Shown in pieces: positions 13,641 to 26,431 of a stretch of DNA of 60,000 nucleotides. A program made the position numbers and the translations under genes. This DNA is from Mobula hypostoma. Its lineage: Eukaryota. Numbering within the stretch: position 1 is the first letter of the stretch; the number at the start of each line of letters is the position of its first letter. The stretch spans positions 82,028,001 to 82,088,000 of the forward strand of contig NC_086108.1 of NCBI RefSeq assembly GCF_963921235.1, read 5' to 3'. The notes under the pieces are model-generated. The model was not told where the DNA came from, did not search any database, and saw only the letters and a program-made list of their open reading frames with translations.

Positions 13641-13938
13641 CAAATCAGATGTGTTGTTTTTTAACACATTTCTTTGAATACATTTTAGACATGTTCACAG
13701 TAAGAATGAGATTAGATTGAAACCAAAGCTGAGAAGTGTATTAGTGAAACCCAATGATTAAAGCAGCCTGTCATCTTCTGAAATAATTCATGTTTGCACT
13801 CCTGATTAATCCTCACCAACTCAGTTAAGTTAATCATCAGTAATTTTAAATTTCATTCTTAATTTTAAACTAAAAGTTGTCTCACGGTTAGTTTGTGGAA
13901 AGCAATGCTACCTAACCATTTCTTTGTTGTTCCTGCAG

Positions 13939-14082
13939 CTCCATTAGCCAGCGTACTCAATCTCAAGCTGTCCCTCAGAGTCATCGCTATGATTGGTGGC
14001 ATATTCTCCATGCTCGGGCTGTTTCTTGGATCCTTTGCCTTCAGTCTAAGCTGGATGTATATCACCATAGGTTTTCTCCTAG
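13939..14082 (+). CDS. slc16a13-like: SLC16 MCT13-like coding exon 2 (144 nt)
   Basis: tcctgcAG| acceptor; SPLASVLNLKLSLRVIAMIGGIFSMLGLFLGSFAFSLSWMYITIGFLLG; G|GTAATG donor; phase 1-1. Confidence 0.93.
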
Positions 14083-14269
14083 GTAATGGAATGAGTTAAA
14101 CTTGCAGTAGTGGCTGTATGCATGAAGCTGATATTCAGATAACACTGTCATTTGGACTCTTTGACACTCTGGGTTTATAGCAAGCATAACTCTAGTAGGA
14201 TAGTTTATCATATGTTGATGTAGTTGAATTTTATCTTCATCACTTTTTATCTTAATTTGTGGGATGCAT

Positions 14270-15300
14270 GTGTCACTGATTTGGCCAACATTTATCACCC
14301 ATCTAAATGCCCTTGGAGCAGGGTGTAGTCAGCTCCCACCGTGAACTATTGCAACCATGTTGTGAAAGTGCTCCCACAGGCAGTATGAAGGAATCCCATG
14401 CATTCCATCTGGATACATTGTCAAGAGAGGTTGATGCAGGAGACGTTGCCGGGTTGCTGAGGTGACACTGCAGATGAGGTGGAGGAAGTGTAATGTTGAG
14501 GCTGCACGACATAGGTTGTTTTTGTCCTGGATGGTGCTGAACTCGACGCTGTTGCCGCTGCGTACATCCGGGCAAGTGGAGAGCATACCAGCAAACCACG
14601 GACTTGTGGATGGTGGAAAAGCTGTGAGATACGAGGTGTGGATCATCTGCTGTGGGATGCTCAGCCTCTCAGTTCCTCCTGCAACTGCCCAAGCGGGAAT
14701 AATATGCCAGCATTCCCATTGAATTTGATGTGCTTGGACTGGCCTTTGTTGGAAGTGGGTTTTAACTGGCACCTGTTGTTGATAGTTGCTTGCCACACCA
14801 GCCCATGTCTGAATGTCATCCAGATATTGTTGTATGTCATGTGGATGACTTAATTTTCTGGAGAGTTGTGAATGGAATTGCCTGAGTGTAATCGATCATC
14901 AGCTAACATAATTTTTACCGGAGGAAGGTCATTGGTGAAGGCACTTCCCTGAGGTGCTCCACAGCGTAGTCCTGGGGCTGAGATGTCATCTTCTGCAAGT
15001 TTGATACGGATACATTCCCCTCCCTCCACCTCCCCCCCCCCCGGAATAAATTCCCTCACCTCTCCTGAGTTCTTGATGTCACACCAAGTCAAGTGTTGCT
15101 TTGACGTCACTCTCATTGCATGCTTGTGGTTTGGCTCTTTATATCTGAATTTGGACTGAAGTTGTAATAAAATTGGCAGCTGAATGATTCTGATAGATTC
15201 CAAACTTAGTATCTTTGAAGAGGTGATTGATGAGTGTGTACTATTTATTAACAATGTTGATGCCACTGATAACACTAACTTTCACTTGGCTGATAATCAC
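14270..15300 (-). mobile_element. Old CR1-like LINE fragment, related to 32900-34265
   Basis: Degenerate reverse-complement similarity to the 32900-34265 element, including its tail. Confidence 0.55.
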
Positions 15301-17670
15301 AAATGAAGCAATTGATTTGATCGTTCTGCTTTTTGGGAGCACGACTGTTCTGAACTCTATCAAGTAGATACCATTGTTAGATCTCTGTGGGAACGTTTTT
15401 GCTGGCGGTGTTCTTATTTCTGAAGCACCAAGTCTTCAGAACCACAAGTGGCTGGGCCTGTGCCCTTTGCTGTATCTATTATGGTTAGCATTTCTTAGTG
15501 CCAAGTGGATGGAATCAGATTAGCGTCAGGTTACTTTTATGGTGTGGACTTCAAAGACTGCGAGAAATAGTTGATTCTGTATTACCGTAAGACATAGGAG
15601 CAGAAGTAGGCCATTCAGCCCATCGTCTTCTCCACCATTCCATTATGGCTGATCCAGGATCCTACTCAACCCCGTACACCTGCCTTCTCGATAAGACCAT
15701 AAAACAGAGGAGCAGAATTAGGCATGGAGAATCCACAAGGAACCCCTACCACCTCCCCACCTCCTCATGTTTAAATGCCCTCCATATTTATAACTGGATG
15801 TGACTGGGTTGCCGTTCTTGGATTTTATTTGGAGAAATTGCCTGGATATAGGGTGCAAGTTGAATCAAGAGTTAAAATTGGCATGTCGCAAAGGTAATGC
15901 TACGGTTGTTATGGGGGATTTTAACATGCAGGTAGACTAGGAAAAGCAGGTTGGTACTGGACCCCAAGAAAGGGAGTTTATGGAGTGCCTCCGAGATGGA
16001 TTCTTAGAGCAGCTTGTACTGGAGCCTACCAGGGAGAGGGCAATTCTGGATTTAGTGCTGTATAATGAAGCGGATTTGATAAGCTAACGCGAGGTAAAGG
16101 GGCCATCAGGAGGTAGTGACCATAATATGATAAGTTTTAAACTACAATTTGAGAGGGAGAAGGGAAGATCGGAAGTGTCAGTATTATAGTTGAACAAAGG
16201 GAACTATAGAACCATGAGGGAGGAGCTGCCCAAAGTTGACTGGAAAGATACCCTAGCAGGGATGACAGTGGAACAACATCGGCAGGTATTTCTGGGAATA
16301 ATACAGAAGCTGAAAGATCAGTTCATTCCAAAGAGGAAGAAAGATTCTAAGGGGAGTAAGGGGTGACTGTGGCTGACAAGGGAAGTCAAGGATAGTATAA
16401 AAATGAAAGAGAAGAAGTATAACTTAGCAAAGATGTGCGGGAAGCCAGAGGATTGGGAAACTTTTAAAGAGCAACAGAGGATAACTAAAAAGGCAATACG
16501 GGGAGAAAAGATGAGATATGAAGGCAAGCTAGCCAAGAATATAAAGGAGGATAGTAAAAGCTTCTTTAGGTATGTGAAGAGGAAAAAATTAGTTAAGACC
16601 AAAGTTGGGCCCTTGAAGACAGAAACGGGTGAATTTATTATGGAGAACAAGGAAATAGCAGACGAGTTGAACAGGTACTTTGGATCTGTCTTCACTAGGG
16701 AAGATGAACAATCTCCCAAATGTAATAGTGGCTAGAGGACCGAGGGTAACGGAGGAACTGAAGGAAATTCACATTAGGCAGAAAATGATGTTGGGTAGAC
16801 TGATGGGACTGAAGGCTGATAAATCCCCAGGACCTGATGGTCTGTACCCCAGGGTACTTAAGGAGGTGACTCTAGAAATCGTGGATGCATTGGTAATTAT
16901 TTTCCAATGTTCTGTAGATTCAGGATCAGTTCCTGAGGACTGGAGGGTTGCTAATGTTATCCCACTTTTTAAGAAAGGAGGGAGAGAGAAAACAGGGAAT
17001 TATAGATCAGTTAGCCTGACATCAGTGGTGGGGAAGATGCTGGAGTCAATTGTAAAGGATGAAACAGCGGCACATTTGGATAGCAGTAATTTACGAAGGG
17101 GAAATCATGCTTGACTAATCTTCTGGAATTTTTATGAAAAATGGACAAGGGAGAGCCAGTGGATGTAGTGTACCTGGACTTTCAGAAAGCCTTTGATAAG
17201 GTCCCACGTAGGAGATTAGTGGGCAAAATTAGAGCACATGGTATTGGGGGTAGGGTACTGACATGGATCGTAAATTGGTTGGCAGACAGGAAACAAAGAG
17301 CAGGGATGAACGGGTCCCTTTCAGAATGGCAGGCGGTGATTAGTGGGGTACTGCAAGGCTCGGTGCTGGGACCACAGCTATTTACAATATAAATTAATGA
17401 TTTGGATGAAGGGATTAAAAGTAACATTAGCAAATTTTCAGATGACACAAAGCTGGGTGGCAGTGTGAAATGTGCGGAGGATGTTGAGATAATACGAGAT
17501 GACTTGGACAGGTTGGGTGAGTGGGCAGATGCATGGCAGATGCAGTTTAATGTGGATAAATGTGAGGTTATCCACTTTGGAGGCAAGAACAGGAAGGCAG
17601 ATTACTATTTGAATGGTGTCAAGTTAGGAAAAAGGGAAGTACAAAGAGATCTTGGTGTCCTTATTCATCA

Positions 17671-19864
17671 TTTATATTAAGCAGGAAATGATGTTGCATA
17701 GACTGTTGGGTCTGAAGGCTGATCAGTCCCTGGGACCTGATGGTCTGCATCCCAGGGTACTTAAGGAGGTGGCTTTAGAAATCGTGGACGTTTTGGTAAT
17801 CATTTTCCAATGTTTTATAGATTCAGGATCAGTTCCTGTGGATTGGAGGGTGGCTAATGTTGTCCCGCTCTTCAAGAAGGGAGGAAGAGAGAAAACAGGG
17901 AATTATAGACTGGTTAGCCTGATGTCAGTGGTGGGAAAGATGCTGGAGTCAATTATAAAAGATGAAATTATGACACATCTGGATAGCAGTAACAGGATCG
18001 GTCTGAGTCAGCATGGATTTACGAGGGGGACATCGTGCTTGCCTAATCTTCTGGAATTTTTTGAGGATGTAACTATGAAAATGGACAAGGGAGAGCCAGT
18101 GGATGTAGTGTATCTGGACTTTCAGAAAGCCTTTGATAAAGTCCCACATAGGAGATTAGTGGGCAAAATTATGGCACATGGTATTGGGGGCAGAGTACTG
18201 ACATGGATTGAAAATTGGCTGGCTGACAGAAAACAAAGAGTAGCGACTAACGGGTCCTTTTCGGAATGGCAGGCGGTGACCAGTGGGGTACTGCAGGGTT
18301 CAGTGCTGGGACCGCAGCTGTTTACAATAGATATTAATGATTTAGATGAGAGAATTAAAAGTAACATTAGCAAATTTGCCAATGACACAAAGCTTGGTGG
18401 CAGTGTGAAATGTGAGGAGGATGTTATGAGAATGCAGGGTGACTTGGACAGGCTGGGTGAGTGGGCAGATGCATGACAGATGCAGTTTAATGTGGATAAG
18501 TGTGAGGTTATCCACTTTGGTGGTAAGAACAGGAAGGCAGATTATTATCTAAATGGAGTCAAGTTAGGAAGAAGGGAAGTACAATGAGATCTAGGTGTTC
18601 TTGTACATCAGTCACTGAAAGCAAGCATACAAGTACAGCAGGCAGTGAAGAAAGCTAATGGCATGCTGGCCTTCATAACAAGGGGAATTGAGTATAAGAG
18701 CAAAGAGGTCCTTCTGCAGCTCTACAGGGTCATGGTGAGACTACACCTGGAGTACTGTGTGCAGTTTTGGTCTCCAAATTTGAGGATTCTTGCTATCGAG
18801 GGAGTGCAGCATAGGTTCACAAGGTTAATTCCCGGGATGGCGGGACTGTCATATGTCGAAAGATTGGAGCGACTGGGCTTGTATACTCTGGAATTTAGAA
18901 GGCTGAGAGGGGATCTTATTGAAACATATAAGATTATTAAGGGATTGGACACGCTGGAGGCAGGAAGCATGTTCCCACTGAAGGGTGAGTCCAGAACCAG
19001 AGGCCACAGTTTAAGAATAAGGGGTAGGCCATTTAGAATGGAGTTGAGAAAAAACTTTTTCACCCAGAGAATGGTGGATGTATGGGAATGCTCTGCCCCA
19101 GAAGGCTGTGGAGGCCAAGTCTCTGGATGCTTTCAAGAAAGCAATGTAGAATGATTGCATTTCTTACTTTAATGGCGAAAAGATGTATCTTACAACATTG
19201 GAAAGAGCTTAATGCTCCATCTACCTTTTTTTGGTTTTCTCAGATGATATTATGCTTGAATTTGGAGAAAATTAGAAGCAATCTTTATGACTCCTCATTT
19301 AAATTTGAACAGACCTGGAGATCTTTTATTCAATATTTTCATTTAATGTAATATATACCCTTCTTGTTTTTTTTTACTGTTTTTAATGGAGGTCGGGATT
19401 GAGGACGTGATTTTAAGTTTTTTAACTCTGTTTGGTTTCAAGTTAGCCCATTGCTTTGCTTTGCTTTTAGTTAGTTGCACGGTGGGTTTTTTTGGGGGGT
19501 TTTTTTTTCCTTTTCTCTATTGATATATATATAAAAATTAGTATACTATTATGTTACCTTGGTACGTTATGTTTACATTGTAGTATTTTTTTTGTATTAA
19601 TATCTTCTGTAATTTTATTATATTCTAACAGTGTATTAGTGCCTATATGGCTTACCTTTTTGTATACTTATTCAATAAAAAGATTTAAAAAGAAAGAAGA
19701 AAGCAATGGATAGAGCTCTTAAAGATAGTGGAATCAAAGGTTATGGGGATAAGGCAGGAACTGGATACTGATTGTGGATGATCAGCCATGATCACAGTGA
19801 ATGGCGGTGCTGGCTCGAAGTGCCAAATGGCCTACTCCTGCACCTATTGTCTATTGTCTATTGT
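17671..19864 (+). mobile_element. CR1 LINE B nested in CR1 A
   Basis: 274-aa RT ORF (17652-18476); own (ctattgt)n tail at about 19844-19864; closest to the copy at 608-1660. Confidence 0.9.
19147..19696 (+). mobile_element. L1-clade 3' fragment nested in CR1 B, with 12-bp TSD
   Basis: AKRCILQHWK...LEKIR...TWRSFIQYF*; AATAAA plus A-rich tail; TSD aagaaagcaatg at 19135-19146 and 19697-19708. Confidence 0.9.
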
Positions 19865-21930
19865 CAGTCACTGAAAGTAAGCATGCAGGTACAGCAGGCA
19901 GTGAAGAAAGCTAATGGCATGTTGGCCTTCATAACAAGGGGAGTTGAGTATAGGAGCAAAGAGGTCCTTCTGCAGTTGTACAGGGCCCTGGTGAGACCAC
20001 ACCTGGAGTATTGTGTACAGTTTTGGCCTCCAAATTTGAGGAAGGACATTCTAGCTATTGAGGGAGTGCAGCGTAGGTTCACAAGGTTAATTCCCGGGAT
20101 GGCGGGACTGTCATATGTTGAAAGATTGGAGGAACTAGGCTTGTATATACTGGAATTTAGAAGGATGAGAGGGGATCTGATTGAAACATATAAAATTATT
20201 AAGGGATTGGACACGCTAGGGGCAGAAAACATGTTCCCGATGTTGGGGGAGTCCAGAACCAGAGGCCACAGTTTGAGAATAAGGGGTAGACAATTTAGAA
20301 CGGAGTTGAGGAAAAACTTTTTCACCCAGAGAGTTGTGAATCTGTGGAATGCTCTGCCCCAGAAGGCAGTGGAGGCCAATTCTCTGGATGCTTTCAAGAA
20401 AGAGTTAGATAGAGCCCTTAATGATAGCGGAGTCAAGGGATATGGGGAGAAGGCAGGAATGGGGTACTGATTGTGGATGATCAGCCATGATCACAGTGAA
20501 TGGCGGTGCTGGCTCGAAGGGCCAAATGGCCTACTCCTGCACCTATTGTCTATCGTCTGTTGGCTTTTTATAAAATTCTGCTTTAGCAGTTTAGCAGAAA
20601 TTTATAGTCTTGTGTTGCAGGGTCAAGAGAGTGGAGCATTATGTTGGGTACTCTTGCTGTTCATTAAACCAAGAGTAGTCTAGCTTGATTGTTATAGTGA
20701 TGTAAGGCACATATTGAGCCTTGTTTTTACAGATTGTGCTGGAATACAGTGCTGCTATTGATGGTTCACAGTGCCTTATGGATGCTAAGTTTCGATCTGC
20801 TCTATTTAGAATGGCGATAATGCCAGGTAGAGTGAAGGTAGAATTTTATTCCCATGGGATCATGCAGTGATCTTCACCATCAGTACTGTCATGGGCAGAT
20901 GCACCTGGGGCACATAGATTACTGAGGCTTTTGCCTAAAATTGGCCCCTTCTCCGCACACCCAGTCTGGTAGCTATGGGCTTTATGTCCTAGTGTCATCA
21001 GATCCTAATTAAGCAGGAAATACTTTGCAAGCTGATGGTTATTGACACACAGTGACATTTAATCCTACGACTAAATGTCACTTCATTTTAGAGACATCTA
21101 AACAGACACTTAAATAGACAAGGCACTGAAGGATATGGAACTAGTACAGGCAATAGAATTAGTGTAGATAGACAGAAAGGTAGCTGTGGATGTAATGTAG
21201 CGGGGTGTCGGATCAGTTCTGTGTTGTACAACTCTGATATAGTTCTTATAGTAGTTGTAATTCTGATACTGAGATGTAAATCTAGTTTGGGGGGGAGGAG
21301 TTGAGGCTTCTCAGTCTTGTGAGGTTGTCACTAATGCTGACTTTATAGGAGATGTATTAAAACAATAAATTGTATGGGCAAGTTAAATCTGCAACACTCC
21401 TTTACATTAACTATTTACAGTCTGGACTTTGAATCCAGTGATCCAACTCTATATCTTGGCGGGACCTCACTGCGTTGGGGTGGCACAATAGCATAACAGT
21501 TAGCTTAACACGATTCCAGCCAATGACCTGGGGTTCAATTCTACCACTGGCTATAAGGAGTCTGTATGTTCTCCCCGTGAATGTCCAGGTTTCCTCCAGG
21601 TGCTCCAGTTTCCTCTCATATTCCAAAGAAGTGTGGTTAGTAGGTTCATTGGTTACCAGGGTGCAGTTGGGCAGCATGGGCTTGTTGGGCTGGAAGGGTC
21701 TGTTACCGTATTGTATCTCTAACTAAAATTAATTTTGGGATATGTGACCAAACCAGAGGTGACCTTGTGTAGGTCTGTCAGAAACCTGACCAGCCCATGT
21801 GAAGACTGAGACAAAATTGTGGAAACTGATATTGTAGGATCTTTCAGGGTTTCTGAGTATAATGTTATATATTTTTGGTTACTGTGAATTTCTTGACTTG
21901 TCAATTTGTATTTTTTTAAATTTCCTTTAG

Positions 21931-22707
21931 GGTTGGGGAATGGACTTGCTTGGGTATCCTCCGTAAGTCTGGTCAATCAGTACTTCACAGACCGGAGGCC
22001 ATTAGCAAATGCCTTGTCCAGTGCTGGAGACAGCATCTTCGTCTTCATCTTCACACCGTTCTACCAGTGGCTTATCAACACCATGTCCTGGCAACAAACA
22101 CTGATGATCATTGGGGGAATCCACCTGAACATCTGTGTCTGCGGAGCTCTAATGAGGCCCTTACAGAGGCGATGTCAGAAACCTGCACCATTATTTACCA
22201 CTAATCTCAGAAAAGATTCATGTTGTTCGTCTGCTTATTTTAAAGACCTGACTCGTCTGAAGGAGCCAAAGTTAATTTATTTGATCTTTTTTGGGCTTTT
22301 CTCTGTGATGGGCCTATTGATTCCTACTATCTATTTAGTTCCTTATGCCCAAAGTATTGGGATTGAGGATTTTAAAGCAGCTTTTTTGATGTCTTACTGG
22401 TCAGCTTCTGACCTCGTTGGAAGAGTTGGATGCGGTTGGTTTGCCAATATGCGGCTTTTGACATCAATCCGCCTTACAATAATAGTGACTGCTATTTTAA
22501 GTATACTTACATTGTTTTTCCCATTAGCTAAGAATTATGCCTCACTCATTGTCTTCAGTTGCGGATGTGGATTCTTCGTTGGGACTACTATGGCTCTTCT
22601 CATCACACTAATAACTGATGTGGTGGGAGCTAAGAATCTGAGCAATGCACTAGGAATACTTATGTTCTTCCGGAGTATTGGATGCCTTGTAGGACCACCC
22701 CTGGCAG
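21931..22707 (+). CDS. slc16a13-like: SLC16 MCT13-like coding exon 3 (777 nt)
   Basis: tttcctttAG| acceptor; MCT motifs QYFTDRRPLANA, LNICVCGALMRP, YLVPYA, DLVGR, GPPLAG; G|GTAATG donor; phase 1-1. Confidence 0.95.
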
Positions 22708-25224
22708 GTAATGTTCTTTAATATCTGCTTTTAGTTTCCATTAGTTCTATATCTGCAATGATAGGTGCTAAATGTCTGGGGGAGGTTATTGTTGTTTTAA
22801 GAAGTCTTTTTATTGTCTTGCCTTACACATCAGCACTGTTTCATTATCTTCTTTTGCTATTGACACTGCGGCTGCTGTAGATGCATTGGTGATTGAAATT
22901 GTACAGTCACTTTGTATGCAGGTAACCTCTCTTCCATAGAAGTTAGTTGTCACCTGACCATATAGAATCATAGTGCACTACAACAGAAGCAGGCCTGTCA
23001 GCCCATCTAGACCATGCCAACTTGTTATTCTGCCTAGACCCATTGACCTATACCTAGACCACAGTCCTCCATACCCCTTCCATCCGTTGATTTAAGCAAA
23101 AATATCTTAAACTTGGCAATCAAACCCTCATCTACCACTTCTGCTGGCAGCTTGTTCTATACTCATAATTTTGTATAACTCTATCAAATCTCCCCTCATT
23201 TTGAGAAATTAGTTCAGACAATGCTTGATTGGTGAATACTGTTGCCATTCATTTAATTTGATTGTCAATGTTACTCATTGATATGTATTACACCGTATGT
23301 GACTGGCTTTTGATTGCTGGGGGAAGATGTTTGTTGTCTTAATTGACAAGAAGAGAATTTTTAAGAAAATCATTGGATTAGATTGGATTGGAACATGGTG
23401 AGACATGCTATGGGTGGCCCAAAAATGACTGATGTGGCCTGTTTGTCAGAGTCTCACATACTTAACCCAAAACTATAGTTTAATATATCCGATTTCCAGT
23501 TAGTATGTGAAAAAAAAAGTTAGAACTATATTTGGCATTTCTAAGATCCTTCTGAATTATGAACCTGGTAAATTGTTTTGCATTTGCAAATTGGAAGCAT
23601 TGATGAAAAAGACGAGATGTTGTGTAAAATATTTCCACTTTTTAAAAAGAAATGCTTTTGATATCATGCTCATGATTCAACAGCAAATTGTCACCAATGT
23701 AGCCAGAACGAATGTTGAAAACTAGTGTTACCATATTCTAGTTGGAAAACTACTCTTTCACAGGTACAGAACATTTTGTTACTCACCCTCCTGACCTTAA
23801 TTGAAAATTTACTGATAAGGGGATTTCCCTAAACATTTTTCATTCCCAGATGCTGCATAATATTCTTGTAGGTTTAACAGAATGAACTCTTTAGAATTAT
23901 CAGATTGTCAAAATTCATTTTTCAGTTGAAGTTGCGTAATCAGAAATTGCCATTCTATTTATCTTTATTAACAAAAGCTGTTAAGTTTCAATATCTAGTG
24001 AGCATGCATTGGGAATTGGGTGTAATATCCGCAGCTGTTTATATTTTTATAATATTGAAGATGATCTGCTGTGTTTGAAATATTTACCCTGTATCAAGAA
24101 CTGATTAGGCGGTCCAAAAACGCATAGAAAATAAAACCCGAAACTGATGGGATAAAATTCTAACTTCCCCAGGGCTAGTCAGGGTGTTAAACTTTCTGAA
24201 CACAATTATCAACATCTTATTTATCTGAATTGAATTTTAGAAAAGAAATTTTACAGATGCTTTACTTGAATGAAAGTGATATATAAACATATTATTGAAA
24301 TATGAAGTAGCATTAATACAGCTTGTCTGGGGTTTTTGTGCATTCCAGCATAAACTGTTTATGGAATGGAATCCTCATACATGCAACACAACAGTCCATA
24401 TCAACAGTTAAATCTTCTTTTAATGAGGCACATCAACATGGGACCTACATTGCCAAATTTGCCCTCTGTTCCAAGCACCAACCTTCCTTTCAGAGCCGTA
24501 AAGACCAGCTGTCAGATAGAAACTCTGTCTGAATGGGGAATTTCTGAACTTTTAGTGTTCTGTAGATGAAGAATTTTAGTACAACTGCTCATCGCTTCAT
24601 GAAACGGTCATTGTGGACACTGTATCCTAAATTTAAAATTGGCGTTTGAGCAGTTAATATATCAAAAGGTGCCTGGCTTTCTTCTTGGGACAGAAGACCT
24701 TTACAGAATACTTTAACCCATTCAGTTTATCTAGATTTCAGTTTGTTCATTGCACGTCACAGGTACTCTTGCCAAAAACCACTTAACCTGGATCCTTGTA
24801 TACATGAAATAAAACTTGAATATCTAGAATTGTACTTGGGAGTAAATCTGCACTGACACAACCACAGATCTATTTTGTCTGACCTGCTGAGCGTTTCCAA
24901 TGTTTTTGTATACTTATCAGAAGAGCAACCTATTGTAGACTTCTGTCTCCTATAATGGACAGTGTGCTTGAAATCCCTTCAGCATTTTATCACAAATCCC
25001 ATGACATAAGAGCCAAAGCAAATTTCCATTTTTTCCATGCCTAGTTTTGAAGTGAAATTTCTGGATGTATACCATGCACAAAAATTTAGTCAGCACTAGA
25101 ACTTTGTTGACTCACCCTCTAGAACAGCAGCTCCCTACTTTGCTTAACGGTAATGGTCCATGGCATAAAAAAGTTTGAGCATCCCTGCTCTAGAACCTCT
25201 CTCCTAACTTCTATTCCACCTCAG

Positions 25225-25645
25225 CATATGGATGCAGCTTTCAAGAAGGTGAGGTAGTGGCTTTATTTCATTAGAAGTTTGAGGAGACTTGGTATGTCAC
25301 CTAAAACACTCGCAAATTTCTACAGATGTACCATGGAGAGCATTGTAATTGGCTGGATCATTGTCTGGTTTGGGGATGGGGCTACTGCACAGGATCGAAG
25401 TAAGTTGCAGGGAGTTGTAAAATTAGGCAGCTCCATCGTGAGCACTAGCCTCCGTAGTATCCAAGACATCTTCAAGGAGTGGTGCCTCAGAAAGGCAGTG
25501 TCCATTATTAAGGACCCCACCACTCGGGACTTGCCCTTCTTCTTACTGTAATTCAGTTTTTTCCCTCTATTATTATGTATTACACTGCAGCCACAATGTT
25601 AAACAGATTTCACAACATATGCCAGTGACACTAAATCTGATTCTG
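25225..25645 (+). mobile_element. Rex1/Babar LINE 3' fragment
   Basis: TLANFYRCTMESI...IIKDP; tctgattctga tail. Confidence 0.75.
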
Positions 25646-25986
25646 ACCTCTACTTTTTAAGATCCATATTTAGAATCTGCCTCTTTGAGAATGCTTTCCA
25701 TCATCTGTATGATGTCTCACTACGAAAGACAAATATTTTCTGACATTTCACTTGACAGTCACCTTAGGAGGCTTTCGTTTGTTAAAGCCACTATTATTGC
25801 TTTTAAATGTTGCGGTAATTTCATAAGTGAGAGCTGTTAGAATGAGAGTTTAAAGAGAAAAAAGGGATTTAACAGATTTACTGCCACAAGGTATTTAACA
25901 GAATTGATGACTATTAATTTCCTCTTGTATCCAGACAAAGCACAAAGCTAACTTATTTTGGACTGCTGTTCACTCTTCTGTTGCAG

Positions 25987-26189
25987 GGTTAGTGGTGGAC
26001 TGGACTAAAGATTACAGCACTGGGTTCTTGCTTGCTGGAGGAGGGATGTTGATTGCAAGTTGCTTTCTCATCCCAGTTGACTACCTCTTGACTTGTGGGC
26101 AGCATTCTGTTCGAGGCTCAGAAAAGGAGATGGAAAATTTTAATTCTCAAGACCAGTCTCAGGAAGGAACAGAAAATGAAGCTGGATAA
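25987..26189 (+). CDS. slc16a13-like: SLC16 MCT13-like coding exon 4 (terminal); spliced CDS 1386 nt = 461 aa
   Basis: ctgttgcAG| acceptor; GLVVDWTKDYSTGFLLAGG (TM12), acidic tail, TAA at 26187-26189; frame continuous across all four exons. Confidence 0.92.
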
Positions 26190-26425
26190 TGACAGAATGG
26201 AGATTTGGAACCAATGTCTGAATGAAGGTCAAAGTTATGTTTAGATTTCCCCTTTTCGGTAAATATTCCTTTGGGAAATCAATTTCTATTGTAGTTCTGT
26301 GGACAATGCATCTGCACACAAGTTTGAAGGTTCCATGAAATGTATTGAAACTCAGATCAACAGATTACCATGGGCTTTCAGTAAGTGCATTACACATAAT
26401 GAAAGATTAATTGTTTGATAGTTTC

Positions 26426-26431
26426 AATAAA
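26426..26431 (+). promoter_or_regulatory. Candidate polyadenylation signal of the SLC16 gene
   Basis: AATAAA about 240 nt after the stop, followed by T/GT-rich sequence. Confidence 0.45.

Larger units (their letters stand above)
15810..20560 (+). mobile_element. CR1 LINE A (endonuclease and RT of ORF2; about 15810-17670 plus 19865-20560), split by CR1 B
   Basis: MGDFN, GSDHN, KSPGPDG, YLDFQKAFDKV, FSDDTKL; sequence resumes at catca|gtcactg after the insert. Confidence 0.9.

Noticed and set aside
17652..18476. Active or domesticated reverse transcriptase (retron/DGR-like system)
   Set aside because: Ordinary truncated CR1 RT with a mutated catalytic motif (FAND) and downstream stops
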